From: Felis catus
Lineage: Eukaryota
DNA length: 64,000 nucleotides
NCBI RefSeq assembly: GCF_018350175.1
Contig: NC_058368.1
Span: 183,398,001-183,462,000, forward strand
Direction: 5' to 3'
Below the pieces are notes generated by a model that did no database searches, was not told the DNA's origin, and was given only the letters and a program-made list of their open reading frames with translations. Shown one piece after another: positions 39,761-52,079 of the stretch (positions within the stretch are counted from its first letter, which is position 1; every line of letters starts with the position of its first letter). Position numbers and translations under genes: made by a program.

Positions 39761-39764
<4 letters not shown>

Positions 39765-39802
<38 letters not shown>
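39765..39802 (+). repeat. (CA)n microsatellite
   Basis: Read directly from the sequence. Confidence 0.97.
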
Positions 39803-39806
<4 letters not shown>

Positions 39807-40099
39807 CTCACACTCACATTTGCCTAGGATCCTTATATAGCTGTGTAAGACCTCTACATGCACTATCCATTCACCATGGAGTTAGCTTGGGGATTAAAAG
39901 ATGAATATGGCATAGCCTCTGATGTCATCAGTAGGTGTGCTTATAAATAAATAGAAGTTTAGTGCATTAAATCTTTCAAGGATCATTTGAATTTTAAGAA
40001 AACAGTTTCTAAACCTAAAGAGATGTTATTTCTAGTAGGGATTTGTAGGTTAGGAGTTTATTTTAGGGATTCTTAAAATTAAGAGTAAGCTAATAAAAC

Positions 40100-40322
40100 C
40101 CAGGACATAGTATGGGTTAGAAGCCCACACTCTGGCATGAAGACTGCTTTGTTTAATACCTACTTCCTCTATTTATTAGCTCTGCGATTTCAGATCTGTA
40201 CAACTCTTTAAGCTTCTATTTCATCATCCGTGAAATGGAGCCAATAACTGTATAGCTCTTTCTGACTCATAGTATGTGGCACAGTGCTGAACACATAGTA
40301 ATTGTTCAGTAAATATTATTAC
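40100..40322 (+). mobile_element. MIR
   Basis: tatttattagctctgcga...tttcatcatccgtgaaatggag...gcacagtgctg...cagtaaatattatt. Confidence 0.7.
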
Positions 40323-40930
40323 TCATTATATAAATACATGAATGTGCTAATTTTATATTATTTTATTATTCCCATCTTATTAAAATCTTCTGAATGCCTT
40401 TGCCTGAATTGTGATATTTTGTGTGTCTGTGTGTGTCTGTGTGTATTCTTGTATTTCAGAACCAGGAAGAAATTCCAAGATATGCAGATGTAAAGCATAC
40501 CTGGATTTGGGAATACATTCATATCTATTTGTGTGTGTGTACAAGAAGGGCTGATTCAGTCTGGCAATAGCACCTGTAAAAATAGGGGGAGGTCCTCAGG
40601 ACCCAAATAAAAATCTTTGTGATAAAGGATGTTAAAAACATGCATTTTTCTAGGTAAGTGCCTTCAGTTGTTACATATCTCTGATTTGAGTATACAAGTG
40701 TCTCTTTAATCTGTTAGTATATTCCAAACATATGTCAGACAGTGCTCTGTGTATAAAACCATATACAAATAGATTTCTTCTATATGGCTATCTTCCAAGA
40801 GTCAATGTATATTTCTATACCTCACAGTTTTTAAGTTTCAAACTGTATGAACTAATTCAGATCTCTCATTCATTTTTTATTGTGAGAAATTTTTCTTTCT
40901 CTTCTTAAAGAATACAAATATCTAGTTACT

Positions 40931-41107
40931 GGGGTACCTGGGTGGCTCAGTCGGTTAACACCTGACTCTTGATTTTGGCTCAGGTCATGATCTCAGGGTT
41001 GTGCCATCAGGCCCTGCATCAGGCTCCACACTGAACAGGGAGTGTATTTAAGATTCTCTCTCTCTCTCTGTGTCCCTCTCCCCAACTCATGTGCTTTTTT
41101 TTCCTCT

Positions 41108-41156
<49 letters not shown>
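40931..41156 (+). mobile_element. Can-SINE with (GA)n in place of the A tail
   Basis: SINE head and body; TSD atatctagtta at 40918-40928 and 41157-41167. Confidence 0.93.
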
Positions 41157-41157
<1 letters not shown>

Positions 41158-42291
41158 TATCTAGTTATTTACATTGGCCTTGCTAGAGCAAGCTGAATTT
41201 TAGAAAATTTAAAAAGCATTTTATAAATCTGTGGATAGAAACGAACAAAATAGAGAAATACTCAATTTCTTTTTCCCAAATTTTTCAAATTTAGTTTGGA
41301 AAAAAAGTCTTTGTGTAATTAGTGAAAGAGTTCTTTTTTTTTCCAGAATAAGTTTTTACTTTTTGATATTATATAAGTTATATTATAAATTTAAAAATAA
41401 ATATGAAGGCAAAATGATAATTCCAACTTTCTTTTTTTCTATTTCTTTATAATTTCTGCTTTCAATTAATTCTGTTTTGATAATCAGGCAATTAACAAAA
41501 TATTAGCTACTGAAGTAAAGTACATGCTACATTTTAATTATGTATACAGTAAGACAAATACATTATTAAGTCAGCAAATTTATGCATTGTTTTTCCACTA
41601 AATAAAATTATAACTTGTATAAAAGCCATTTTCCCTAAAATATAAGTAGTAACTACTACAACATGCTTAATAACTTGAGAACATTCTTCACAGCACAAAA
41701 CAATGAAAGTATCCCTACCTAAACTGCTTCAATGTAATTGTAATAATATTAAACAGCACCAACTGGTATCTCTAATGTATCTACCCAAATGGGTATTTGT
41801 AGCATTTAATGTTTCTTGGAAATAGCAAGGCATGTGAAATGTGGCCATTATTTCTTTTGGTATATATTTTTCACCTATTTCAAAATTCAAAAAGAGAAAT
41901 ATCTTGTTCATCACGGAGATTATGATCACAGAATTTTGTATGCAGTTTGATTAAATAATAAAATGTAGGGAAACCATTCCCCCATTTAATTCATTCATTT
42001 CATACTGACCTACCAAGTAGCATGAGATTCTTGATGATGGAAATTCAGTGATAAACCAGGGAAATAAAATTGTAGAATTTGAAGGACAGCAAGGGAGGCA
42101 AGCCCTTGTAGAATATGTAGGACAGTGAGGGAGGCAGACAATACACTGGTATTAAGTAAATAAGTAATACAAAGCAATAAGTACTAAAAACAATTATAAC
42201 AATTTCTTATTGGGGTGCCAAAGGCTTAGGGTTGGGAGATCTAATAGATAAATAGTTGCTCATAGAAAATGTCTTTAAAATGGTGATGATT

Positions 42292-42513
42292 GGTGGTGCC
42301 TGGCTGGCTCAGTCATCTGAGCATGCTGGTTGAGCATCTATCTCTTGATTTCAGCTCACATCAGATCCCAGGGTTATGGGATCAAGCCCTGCATTGGGCT
42401 CCACACTGAGCATGGATTCTGCTTGACATTTACTCTCTTCCCCTCTCTTTCCCTCTTCCTGTCTCCCACTCATGCATTCTCTCTCTCTCTCTGTCTAACC
42501 AATAAATAAATAT

Positions 42514-42559
<46 letters not shown>

Positions 42560-42597
42560 GACATACCATAACAAAACATAACATAACATAAAATAAG
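42292..42597 (+). mobile_element. Can-SINE with (CA)n and (ACATA)n in its tail, inserted in an antisense L2 remnant
   Basis: SINE head and body; TSD atggtgatga at 42280-42289 and 42598-42607. Confidence 0.9.
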
Positions 42598-43104
42598 ATG
42601 GTGATGACTGCGCTGAATCATGAGCGATGAGAATAAGTCTGCCATAGTAAAATATGGAAAAAGCATTAGCGGAGTTCAAAGATTCACAAGAGGATTTATT
42701 GAAGAAATGACAAAAACAGGCCACTGTGACTAAGACATAATGTACAACTGGAAAAGTATGAGAAGGTGCTGGAGAACAGGTTAGGGACAGATAATAAATA
42801 TAAAAATAAATTAAAATTAAAAAAAATAAAAAATAATTTTTTCACCAGAAAAAAATATTTCTTACTCTCTCACTGGTATAATGAGGAGTAGTGCTGCATA
42901 TCTCGAGAGAACAGGACAGCACAGACTTCAATTAAGGTCATAGGCAATTTTTGAGATAGTATAGTAATTTTTGACATTGGGAAATTATTGACATAGTATA
43001 TTTAATAATTCCTTCAATTAGTATTTTAAAAATAAATATAATATTCTATAAAACATTTTTAGAGGTAGTAACTGTATTGGAATATTTATTACATGGACTC
43101 TGAA

Positions 43105-43518
43105 GTTGGTTGAGTAATGTCCTCCTCCAAAATTCCTATTCCACCAGAACCACCAAATATAATTGTGTTTGGAAATGGGATCTTTACAGATATAATTAGT
43201 TAAGTTCATATGATGTCATACTGGATTAGAGTAGACCCTAAATCCAGAGACTACTGTCCTTACAATAAGAGGAGACCACACACAGAGACACACAGGAAAG
43301 AACAGAGATTGGAGCTACAAGCCAAAGATGTCAGGTAACCACCGGAAGCTAAAAAGACGCAAGGAAGGGTTTTCCCATAAAGCCTTCAGAAGGAGAGTGG
43401 CCCCACTGGCACCTTGATTTCAGATATCTGTCTTCCAGAGCTACGAGAGAATAACTTTATATTGTTTCAAGCTACCAAGTTTATAGTGTTTTGTTACAAT
43501 AGCCCTACAGACCATACA
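43105..43518 (+). mobile_element. MaLR solo LTR (MLT1B-like)
   Basis: gtttggaaatgggatctttacagatataattagttaag...gtcatactggattagagt...ggcaccttgatttcag...tgttacaatagccct...aca. Confidence 0.85.
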
Positions 43519-43949
43519 GCCAAGATTCTACTGGCAGCATGTATCACCAGGATTCTCTCTATATTCCTTTTGGGCTCAAACAATGGGAGGTACCAGAAGG
43601 AGATGAGAGGATGAGCAGCAAGAACTTGGGGTATTTTTCCCTTGCTTTCTTCCTTCTTCTACTCTATAGTTCCCACAATAACTCCATCCTTCTACAACTA
43701 CAACTCCTCTTTGGCAGCCTGTCTTCCATATTCTAGTTCTCACTGGCTCTGATGAGGGCATATCCCTTCCTTCGCCCCTTTAGATCCAAGGTGATAAGAG
43801 CTACCCTTAGTTGTTTGTCTCTAGATGCCTCAATATGCCAAATCTCCTCCTTGCTTTGATTTGTTGTATTTCTCACTATTTTGTTCATCCTTTTTATGTA
43901 TTCATTTATTATCTATTTACCTCACTAAGAATATATTTTCCATTAGACC

Positions 43950-44050
43950 TCAATCTTGTCTGATCATTGCTGTATTCCCACAACCTGGAACAATACCCAG
44001 TATGTAATAGGAGCTCAAAATACTTGTTGGATGAAAAAAGATGACTAAAT
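43950..44050 (+). mobile_element. L2 3' end
   Basis: cattgctgtattccca...cctggaacaat...taggagctcaaaatacttgttggatg. Confidence 0.7.
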
Positions 44051-44096
44051 AAAAAAATAAATCCAAAGTGTCACAAACCATCTTAAAAAGTGATCT

Positions 44097-44336
44097 GGGG
44101 TGTGCCTGGGTGGCTCAGTTGGTTAAGCGTCCGGCTTTGGCTCAGGTCATGATCACACGGTCCGTGAGTTCAAGCCCCGCGTCGGGCTCTGTGCTGACAG
44201 CTCAGAGCCTGGAGCCTGCTTGGGATTCTGTGTCTCCCTCTCTCTCTGCCCCTCCCCTGCTCATGCTCTGCCTCTCTCTGTCTCAAAAATAAATAAAAAC
44301 ATTAAAAAAAGATTTTTAAAAAATTAAAAATTTTAA
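44097..44336 (+). mobile_element. Can-SINE (SINEC_Fc type; first of tandem pair)
   Basis: Near-consensus body retaining CpGs; flanks aaaaagtgatctgg and aaaaagtgatttgg. Confidence 0.95.
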
Positions 44337-44353
44337 AAAAAGTGATTTGGTCA

Positions 44354-44562
44354 GGGGCACCTGGGTGGCTCAGTCGGTTAAGTGTCTGACTCTTGTTTTC
44401 GGCTCAGGTCACCATCTCATGATTTCGTGAGTTTGAGCCGCACACCGGGATCTGTGCTGGCAGCACACAGCCTGCTTGATATTGTTTCTCTCCTTCTCTC
44501 TCTCTCTGCCCCTCTCTCACTTGTGCTGTCTCTATCTCTCTCAAAATAAATAAATAAACTTT
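44354..44562 (+). mobile_element. Can-SINE (older subtype; second of tandem pair)
   Basis: TSD aaaaagtgatttggtca at 44337-44353 and 44563-44579. Confidence 0.95.
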
Positions 44563-45727
44563 AAAAAGTGATTTGGTCATAAATTTATATCTGTTTTTAT
44601 AGGAGATTATACATACATACACGTTTATGGGTTATACATGTAATATACAAGTTATCTTGATGCCTTTGTAAACTGACTAAAAAAAGTTATTTTTTCACAC
44701 AGTAAAGTTTTTTCACACAAGAGAAAGAACTGTGACATTAAACCTAATATACTGAACCCAATTCAGTGTTCTTTTGGGACAGGGGTATGTCTGCACTGGA
44801 CAGGTCAATATCTATGAATATTTTCAAGTTAGTAAGTGTCGCAATATATACTCAAATTTACAGAATTCTGGTTGTATTATTTAGATTAAAATGCATTTCT
44901 TATTGGTAGAATCTTTATTATAATGTCCATTTAATAAATGCCCCAATACAGCTTATTTCATTATTACTAACAAACCTCACAATTAAAGCCCAGTGAATGT
45001 TGCACTTTCAGCAATTTTATGCTCTTAAATAGCACTACAACAAAAATGCTATCATAATAAAATAGAATTTATGTAAAGTAACACATGGACTATTTGGTTA
45101 TATGTGACTCCTTAATGTATTCCAAAGGCATCTATTGCCTCAGGGAGAGACGATATTTGTATAGAGGAAAAGTAATAATCTACAGAAGAGCAAACAACAG
45201 GGGAAATTCCATTTATGGCTGAGGATAATGATCAGAAGATACTATAACCCCAACCATGTAAAATAGAGATAATTTAAAGAAGGAAATGAAATATAATTGG
45301 TCAAGGGTAAATAGCAGTGCACATCCAAGGGACAGCAATAAGATGCACATATTTGAAAAGAATACTATTAGATTTAAAACAAGGGATGCAAGGAAGTTAT
45401 AATAATGGAGATGTTGCTAGTTGAAGGGTTTGGTGAGATATATTACTTGGCATTATCAAGGACACATTGTGTCCCTTTTTCTTAAAACATTTCAATAGAC
45501 AAAGAAAAATAAGAGTTTAAAGTGTAAAAGGGACATCTTCTAAAATATGATAAATATGTAGGAGATAGGCATATTTGAGAATACTAACGCCATCCATCCT
45601 CCAACTGAGATTCATATTTTTAGGGGGAACCAGAAAAAAAACGCACATGAAAAAAATGAAGATAGAATCTGTGAGGTGTATAAAATGGCACAGAATAGAG
45701 GTTTACTTAGATGCTTGGGTTTAAGAA

Positions 45728-46142
45728 GTGTAATGACATGGATAAAAGGAAGGGTATAATAAAATGTATAAATGAAATGGCATAATGAGATGCATAATTG
45801 GACAAATGTAACGATATGCAGAGAAAGATGTAATGTGATACACATTTTTGAGGAGTGTAATGAGATGCATAAATAGAAAGGTGTAATGAGATGTGCATGT
45901 TTAAGTAATGTAATGAGAAACATAGGTTATAATAACATACATGAAAGTAATTTAGTAATGAGATATACAAGGGAAAGGCTTTAATGAAATCCACAAATGG
46001 AGAATATGTAAAGATGCTTAAAAGAGATGTAATGAGATGCACATATTTGAAAGTTATAATGAGATGCTTTAATGGAAGCATGTAATGAAATGTATATGTT
46101 TGAAAGGTATAATGAGACACATTAAAAGGGAAGAATGTAAAG
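45728..46142 (+). repeat. Degenerate ~26-bp minisatellite (core RTGTAATGAGATGCA) with a ~199-bp higher-order unit
   Basis: Core copies start at 45731, 45757, 45783, 45809, 45831, 45858, 45884, 45911, 45930, 45956, 45982, 46009, 46030, 46057, 46083 and 46110. Confidence 0.85.
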
Positions 46143-46429
46143 CAATTCTCTTCTCCTATGGAGAATAATGCTTCCTGAAAGCTTTGAAGAGTCATTATCC
46201 TAAGGGATTTCTTTATTTTTACTTCAGTATAAATTAAGATGCCAGCAGCAGCTTCAACCATTACCACATCAAATAGCTTTTCCCCTGGGTCCATGTTATT
46301 TTTGGTTATATGGTTTAAAACACTGACCCGTGCTTGGGATCACATTCCAAAGGGCAATTTAGAACTGAGGCTGCTTAGTAGACAAGAACACAAGAGGAGG
46401 AAAAGAATAAGGAAAATAAAGAAAGTTAC

Positions 46430-46650
46430 CAGCTACTGAGTTTTCATCTGATACTAGAGCCATGCAAGAAATATTTGTGTAAGTAATTAAATATTCCAAT
46501 AATCTTATAAGGCAGACATTATCATCCCCTCTTGACAACTTAGAAAAGTGAGCTTAGAAGGTGAGCTGGTTGCTCAAGGTCATATGGCTGGTAAGTGTTA
46601 AGGCCAGAACTTGAAAATAGGTCTGCCTAGCTCTAAAGTCCTCCTTTCCA
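46430..46650 (-). mobile_element. MIR
   Basis: attatcatcccc...gctcaaggtcatatggctggtaagtg...gaacttgaa...ggtctgcct. Confidence 0.7.
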
Positions 46651-47029
46651 TTTCCATTTGTATTTTTATTCCTTCCCTCCCTCCCTGCCTTCCTCTTTGT
46701 CTGTCTTTCATTCTCTTTCTCTTGCTCTTTACTTTTGTCTGCTTTTATTTTGATGGGTGATTACTGCTAATTATGGTGGAAATCTCCAGAGATGCCTTAT
46801 TAACACCTCCAGCCATGAATATCACATGTTTCCACAAGTTAACAGTTTTGCCAAAAGACATTAAGGGATAACTCTTTTATATTGAGATGTCAGATAAATT
46901 ACTACTCCTATGTGTTTACTGAAAAATTTTGTACTGTATTGTGCTCCATACAACAACTATTCTATGATGTACTGATTAAAAAAACTAGGAGAAACTAATA
47001 CGTTTTTAACATCACACGAATAATTTTGA

Positions 47030-47270
47030 AAAGGGATTTTGGAATTTATTTTGGCTATGAATTAGAGAAGATGAGACACTGTTAAATGACACTTAAAAAA
47101 TCTGTGTTAACTTATCCAAGTTTCATAACCTCTTTTTATATTTGGTTTCCTTCTCTATAAAATAGAGATAATAGAATTTATCTTCTCAAGTTTTACTATA
47201 GTAAAATCCAGGTAAAATATCTAGAACATTCCACAGTGTATAGAAGTGATGACTAAGTGTTAGTTCCCTC
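47030..47270 (+). mobile_element. MIR
   Basis: ggtttccttctctataaaatagagataatagaatttatc. Confidence 0.55.
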
Positions 47271-49229
47271 TTTACCAACTTTTAATGAAGTTAGAATAAG
47301 TAATTATTCAATAATCCTGAGCTTTGAATTTCTTTGCATATAATTGGTGATAGTTTATGTCAACAGACTAACTTACTAGGGGAAAACAAAAAGTAGAAAA
47401 TATTATAAGACAAAGCTCTCTGTGATGGTTGTGGGCAGCAATTTATTTCTGGATTAATTGCTTATAGAATGAAAAGACATTACTTAGAAGAGAAAATGAT
47501 TTTTTATAAAATATGAGTACTACAATTATTTCTCCTTTTATTGACAGAATTCAAATTAAACTAAGGACAAGGTAAATTTGTGACCCTTTACCCTCACACT
47601 AATAACTTTTCATAACCTTAATCAATCAGCCTAATATAGCAATTACCATCTCAACCATGGTCCCATTGGAGTCCACGATTATTTCAGGATAACTACTTAT
47701 TGTTCAATTAAGACTTTATGAAAAGAGGTCAAATATTGGTCACTTTTACTCATTAACATTAATTTTTATCCAGCGTATTATTCTACACAATTGAGGATCA
47801 CATTAGTAATTAATCGCGAAAAAGTCATCCACCACACAAGGAAAAGCTGACTAGCTGACTAGTATCTAAGAACAGAAACCTAACCAAGACTGTATTTCAG
47901 CACACACATTCTACATAAGCACACCAAAACACTAACAGTTGTTTTATTAGGGCCAGCACAAAAAGCAATTTCAAAAACTTCACAGAGACAACTTTTCTGG
48001 AGTTTGCAAAATAGACAAAACTATCCTCTATTCATCTTCCAAAAGTGTGGCCGGTGACTCAGAACATAGACGGAAGATTTTATTTGCATTCACCAGTATG
48101 AATGAAATGAAAAGTCAAGTAGTATGACTATTTAAGGTTACTTCAGGAAAGGAAGAGGAATTCCATGTTTAAGTGTGTAGGATAAGAAGTTGCTTTGGTT
48201 CACATCTCATCCATACTATTTGCTAGAAGTGCAACTCTGGGCGATTTTTTTTTTTTTTTAATTCTAAACCTTATTTTCCTGTTGCCTACTTTATATGTTT
48301 GCTATAAGGGTTAAGTAAGACAATACATGAACAGTGTCAGGCACATAATAAACTCAGAGTTCTGAAGGTAGCATGTCTATCTCATATAAGTAGTGCAATG
48401 AAAAACAGTAGCTTTAGATTCCCTGTAGCTCTATTACCGTAATAAGTTAGGACTCACTTGGAGAGTAGGTTATAATCTGTTTAATTTGGTAGCAGAGGCA
48501 TAGACTATGTCTTTTGTTCCATTTGTGAAATGACTATAATTATTTGCCACCAAATTATACCACTCTGATGGAACAAAGAATACCTGGAGTTTCCTTTCCT
48601 AAAGGTGGTGTATGTTGTGACCACTAAGAAACGCAGAGAGCTAGAGAGTGTAGCCCCTCCCATCCATATATTAAACAACAACAACAGCAACAACAACAAC
48701 AAAACTTAAAGTCAGAAAAACCAAAAGATTACATTTTTCTTCAACTTAACATAGAGCTGGCATCACAGGGCAACAAATTACTCCAAAATCTAAAAAGAGG
48801 CACCCATAGGGAGAAATTGGACATAAGAACCCATTTTCCCAGAGCTGACACAGCAGAAAACTGGTCAGAAAAATTCAGCTTGAATAGTTAAAAGGCACAG
48901 GAGGCAAAATATAGGCTGTCAAGAGATTGTGAAGCCCAGGTGGGCAAAAATATATCACAATTTTTTTTTTCCTTCAAGGTTCTAATCACAAAAAATTATT
49001 AGGGAGAGTCCTGAGATAGTATTACTCAGGGGAATGCTGGGAAAAGGAGGCAAGGGCCACTGTAGTAGGGCACAAAATTCCACTTGGATCCTCCTGTCTT
49101 ATCTCTTCTATGGAACAAAAAATCTTAACTTTGTGGTGGTTGTGGGGAGATTAAAATACTGGTTATCTTAGGGTACCTATGAAAACCCACTGCATCTAGA
49201 AGAAAATAGAAAAATCTCTGTATTACTAG

Positions 49230-50420
49230 GAATGATACTATACTCTAGTTGATAAAATGACTTTCCCATTTAGGTTACAGTGTACATGAGGTAATGGGTT
49301 AGAGTTGGGGATATCACATGTTTGTCTTAATATATATGTATGTGATTAAATATGGGAAGATTTATAGATATGTATATATATACACACAGATTAGTATACC
49401 CACATATATTTCCTTAATCTATGAGCTGAAAAGCCCAGAAGCAATAATAACCCAGGATCACAGAGTACACCTAACACTCAGATTTTGAGTTCCAATACAA
49501 TTTTCTGATAAAAGGAACCAAGATGTTTTACAGATATGGCTGTTTCTGACATGAGGCAACATGAGCCTGAAGTATAGTTTAGTACCAAAATAAAAGAGTA
49601 CTTAAAACTTACAATAACAAGGATATATCAAAGGGACACACAAGAGCTAAGTGAAAGACTTCCTAAGAGCAATGTTGGAAAATTTGATAAGCACAAAAGA
49701 AATATCCCTGAGTCCATACTGCTGTAAATAATGATGAGATAAAAAGATAAATGAGGGAGACTAGACAAATATCTCATGCAGAATTGAAAATACGTATGTA
49801 TATCATTCCTCCTCAAGGAGGCATGGCATAAATCCCCAAATATCGAAGTGATGCCTGCACACAGACACAGAGAAGGGACAAAAAGATTATATTTAGAGTG
49901 GAGAAAGCTGACAATCTCATCTTCAGTCTGGTGATCGAGGTTAACATCAAGAGTGATAATTCATGTTGATAGTATGTACTCTTTAAAGTGATGTGATGAG
50001 AATAGAAATTTACTTCTGCAGCCTATACCCCAAACCCAATAACCAGTCTAATAATAAGAAAGACATCCCAGTTAATACACATTCTACAAAATATCTGGCC
50101 AGTACTCTTCAAAAAATGTCAAGATATCAAAAATAAGGAAAGTCTGAGAAACTGTCACAGCCAAGAGATAGCTAAGAAAACATTAAAATTAAATGTAATG
50201 TGGTGATCATGGAACAGAAAAAGGACAATATATTAAAACAAAAAAAATCTGAATAATTTACAGACTTTAGTTAAAAATGTCTCAATATGGGTTCAGTAAT
50301 TGTGAAGAATGTACAATATTAATGAAGGTGTTGGTAATAGGAGTAGATAAGTGTGAGAGTACACGAAAATTCTATTTATCTCTGAATTTTTTCTGTAAAT
50401 CTAAAACAATTTATTAAAAC
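49230..50420 (+). mobile_element. L1MC/L1MD-type 3' UTR fragment
   Basis: gataaaaggaacca...gtggagaaagctgaca...ggttaacatca...cattctacaaaatatctggccagtactcttcaaaa...ttctgtaaatctaaaac. Confidence 0.75.
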
Positions 50421-50439
50421 ACAGTTATATGCAAGCACT

Positions 50440-52025
50440 TAAAAAATGAAGGAAAAATAAAGACTTTTCAGATAAAAAGAGTAAAGTCTACTGTCAAAAT
50501 ACCTAAATTACAAGAAATGTGAAAGAAACTTTTCAAACAGAAGGAAATGTCAGAAAAAAGTTTGAATCTACATAAATAAATTAATAATGCTACAAATGGA
50601 ATAAAGTAAAATACAGTTCACTTATTTCTTATTTTTCATTAAATGAAAGTAAGTATATACAGTGAAAAAGTAGCAATGTAATATATCCTTACAGTGTATA
50701 TAAAAATAAAATATTACATCCATAGCACAAAGAATGTTGAGGAGAAATTAGAAATATCTGTTTTATTATATTACATATGAAGCAGTATAATGCTATGTGA
50801 AGACACACTCTGATTAATAAAGATGTTTATTTTATACACTGTGGCAAACACAAGGTTTGGTGTGATCTCCTTCCCAAAGGAAGGTGGGGAGGGAGGAAAT
50901 AAACAAACAGACACAAAACTCCTCAATAAATACTAGCAAATCAAATTTAGCAATATATAAAAATAACAATACAGCTATACTAGGTGGGGTTTAATCTATG
51001 AATGCGAAACTGATTCAACATATGAACATGATTAAAGTAATTTAACATAAGTTTTTTTTAAGATTTTATTTTTTCAAGTAATCTCTACATCCAATGTGAG
51101 GCTCAAACTCACAAACCAGAGATCAAGGGTTGCATGGTCTACCAACTGAGCCAGCCAGGTGCCATATTTCTATAGAAAAAAACACATATGATTATCTCAA
51201 TTGATGCAAAAATTACTTGAAAAAATTTAACATGTATTGATGATATAAACTCTCAGACTGAGGCAATTTTTAAATATAGAAGAACTAACTTAACCCAGTA
51301 ATGGGCATATAAAAAAACATGGGGGAAAAAAAAAAACATGTAGAGATAAGATGACACTAAATGATGAATTACTGACTCATTTTCCCCCAAGTTCAAAAAC
51401 AAAGCAGGAAGATACTCTCTCATCATTTCTATTTAACGTGTACTAGAAGTCCGAGGCAATGCAATAAAACAAGAAAATTAAATAAAAGACATACAGAATA
51501 GAAAGAATTAAAATTGTACTATTTATTGACCATGACTGCCTACATAGAAAATTCCAAACAATCTACAGAAAAATCTTCTAGAACTAATAGTTGAATTTTA
51601 GCAAAGGTACATGACAAGGTCAATGTAGAAAAATGAATTACATTTATATAAATTAGCAATGTTCAATTAAAATTTGAAATACAAAAATACCATCTAAAAT
51701 AACATCACAAAAAAATGAAATATTTAGGTATAACCTAAAAATATGTGCATAATTTGTGTGCTAAAAACTGAAAAGCACTAATAAAATAAATAAAAGAAAA
51801 TCTAAATAAATAGAGAAATATATTGTGTTCACGTACTGGAAAACTTGATATTGTTAAAATGTCATTTCTCCACAAATAGATCTAGGGATTCAATTACATC
51901 TCAATCAAAATCCCAGCAGTGTTTTCATAGATATGGACAAGCTGATTCTAACATTTGTATAGAAAAGTAAGTAAATAATAAAATCCAAAACGAATTTGAG
52001 AAAGTAGAAAAAAGTTTGAAAAGAA
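50440..52025 (+). mobile_element. Degraded L1 ORF1 end, inter-ORF region and ORF2 RT-region fragments
   Basis: aataaaatactagcaaatcaaat, atgattatctcaattgatgca, gtactagaagtcc, ctagaactaata, gatattgttaaaatgtca, caagctgattcta: ORF2 motifs with many frameshifts. Confidence 0.8.
51052..51164 (-). mobile_element. Short tRNA-like Can-SINE (SINEC_c-like, no CT tract)
   Basis: Reverse reads ggcacctggctggctcagttggtagacc...gagtttgagcctcacattggatgtagagattactt...aaaatcttaaaaaa. Confidence 0.85.
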
Positions 52026-52079
52026 TCAAGAAATTGGTATTTTCTCGAGTTATTCATCAATACAAGGGGATAGATGATA

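Noticed and set aside
45728..46142. CRISPR-like or C2H2 zinc-finger interpretation of the array (tgtaatga resembles Cys-Asn-Glu codons)
   Set aside because: The context is mammalian with no cas genes, the cores are degenerate, linkers are only ~12 bp, and there is no 84-bp period or HTGEKP linker.
45612..46294. 195-aa and 103-aa His/Ile/Leu-rich minus-strand ORFs
   Set aside because: They stay open because of the minisatellite's composition, and the 26-bp unit does not preserve frame.
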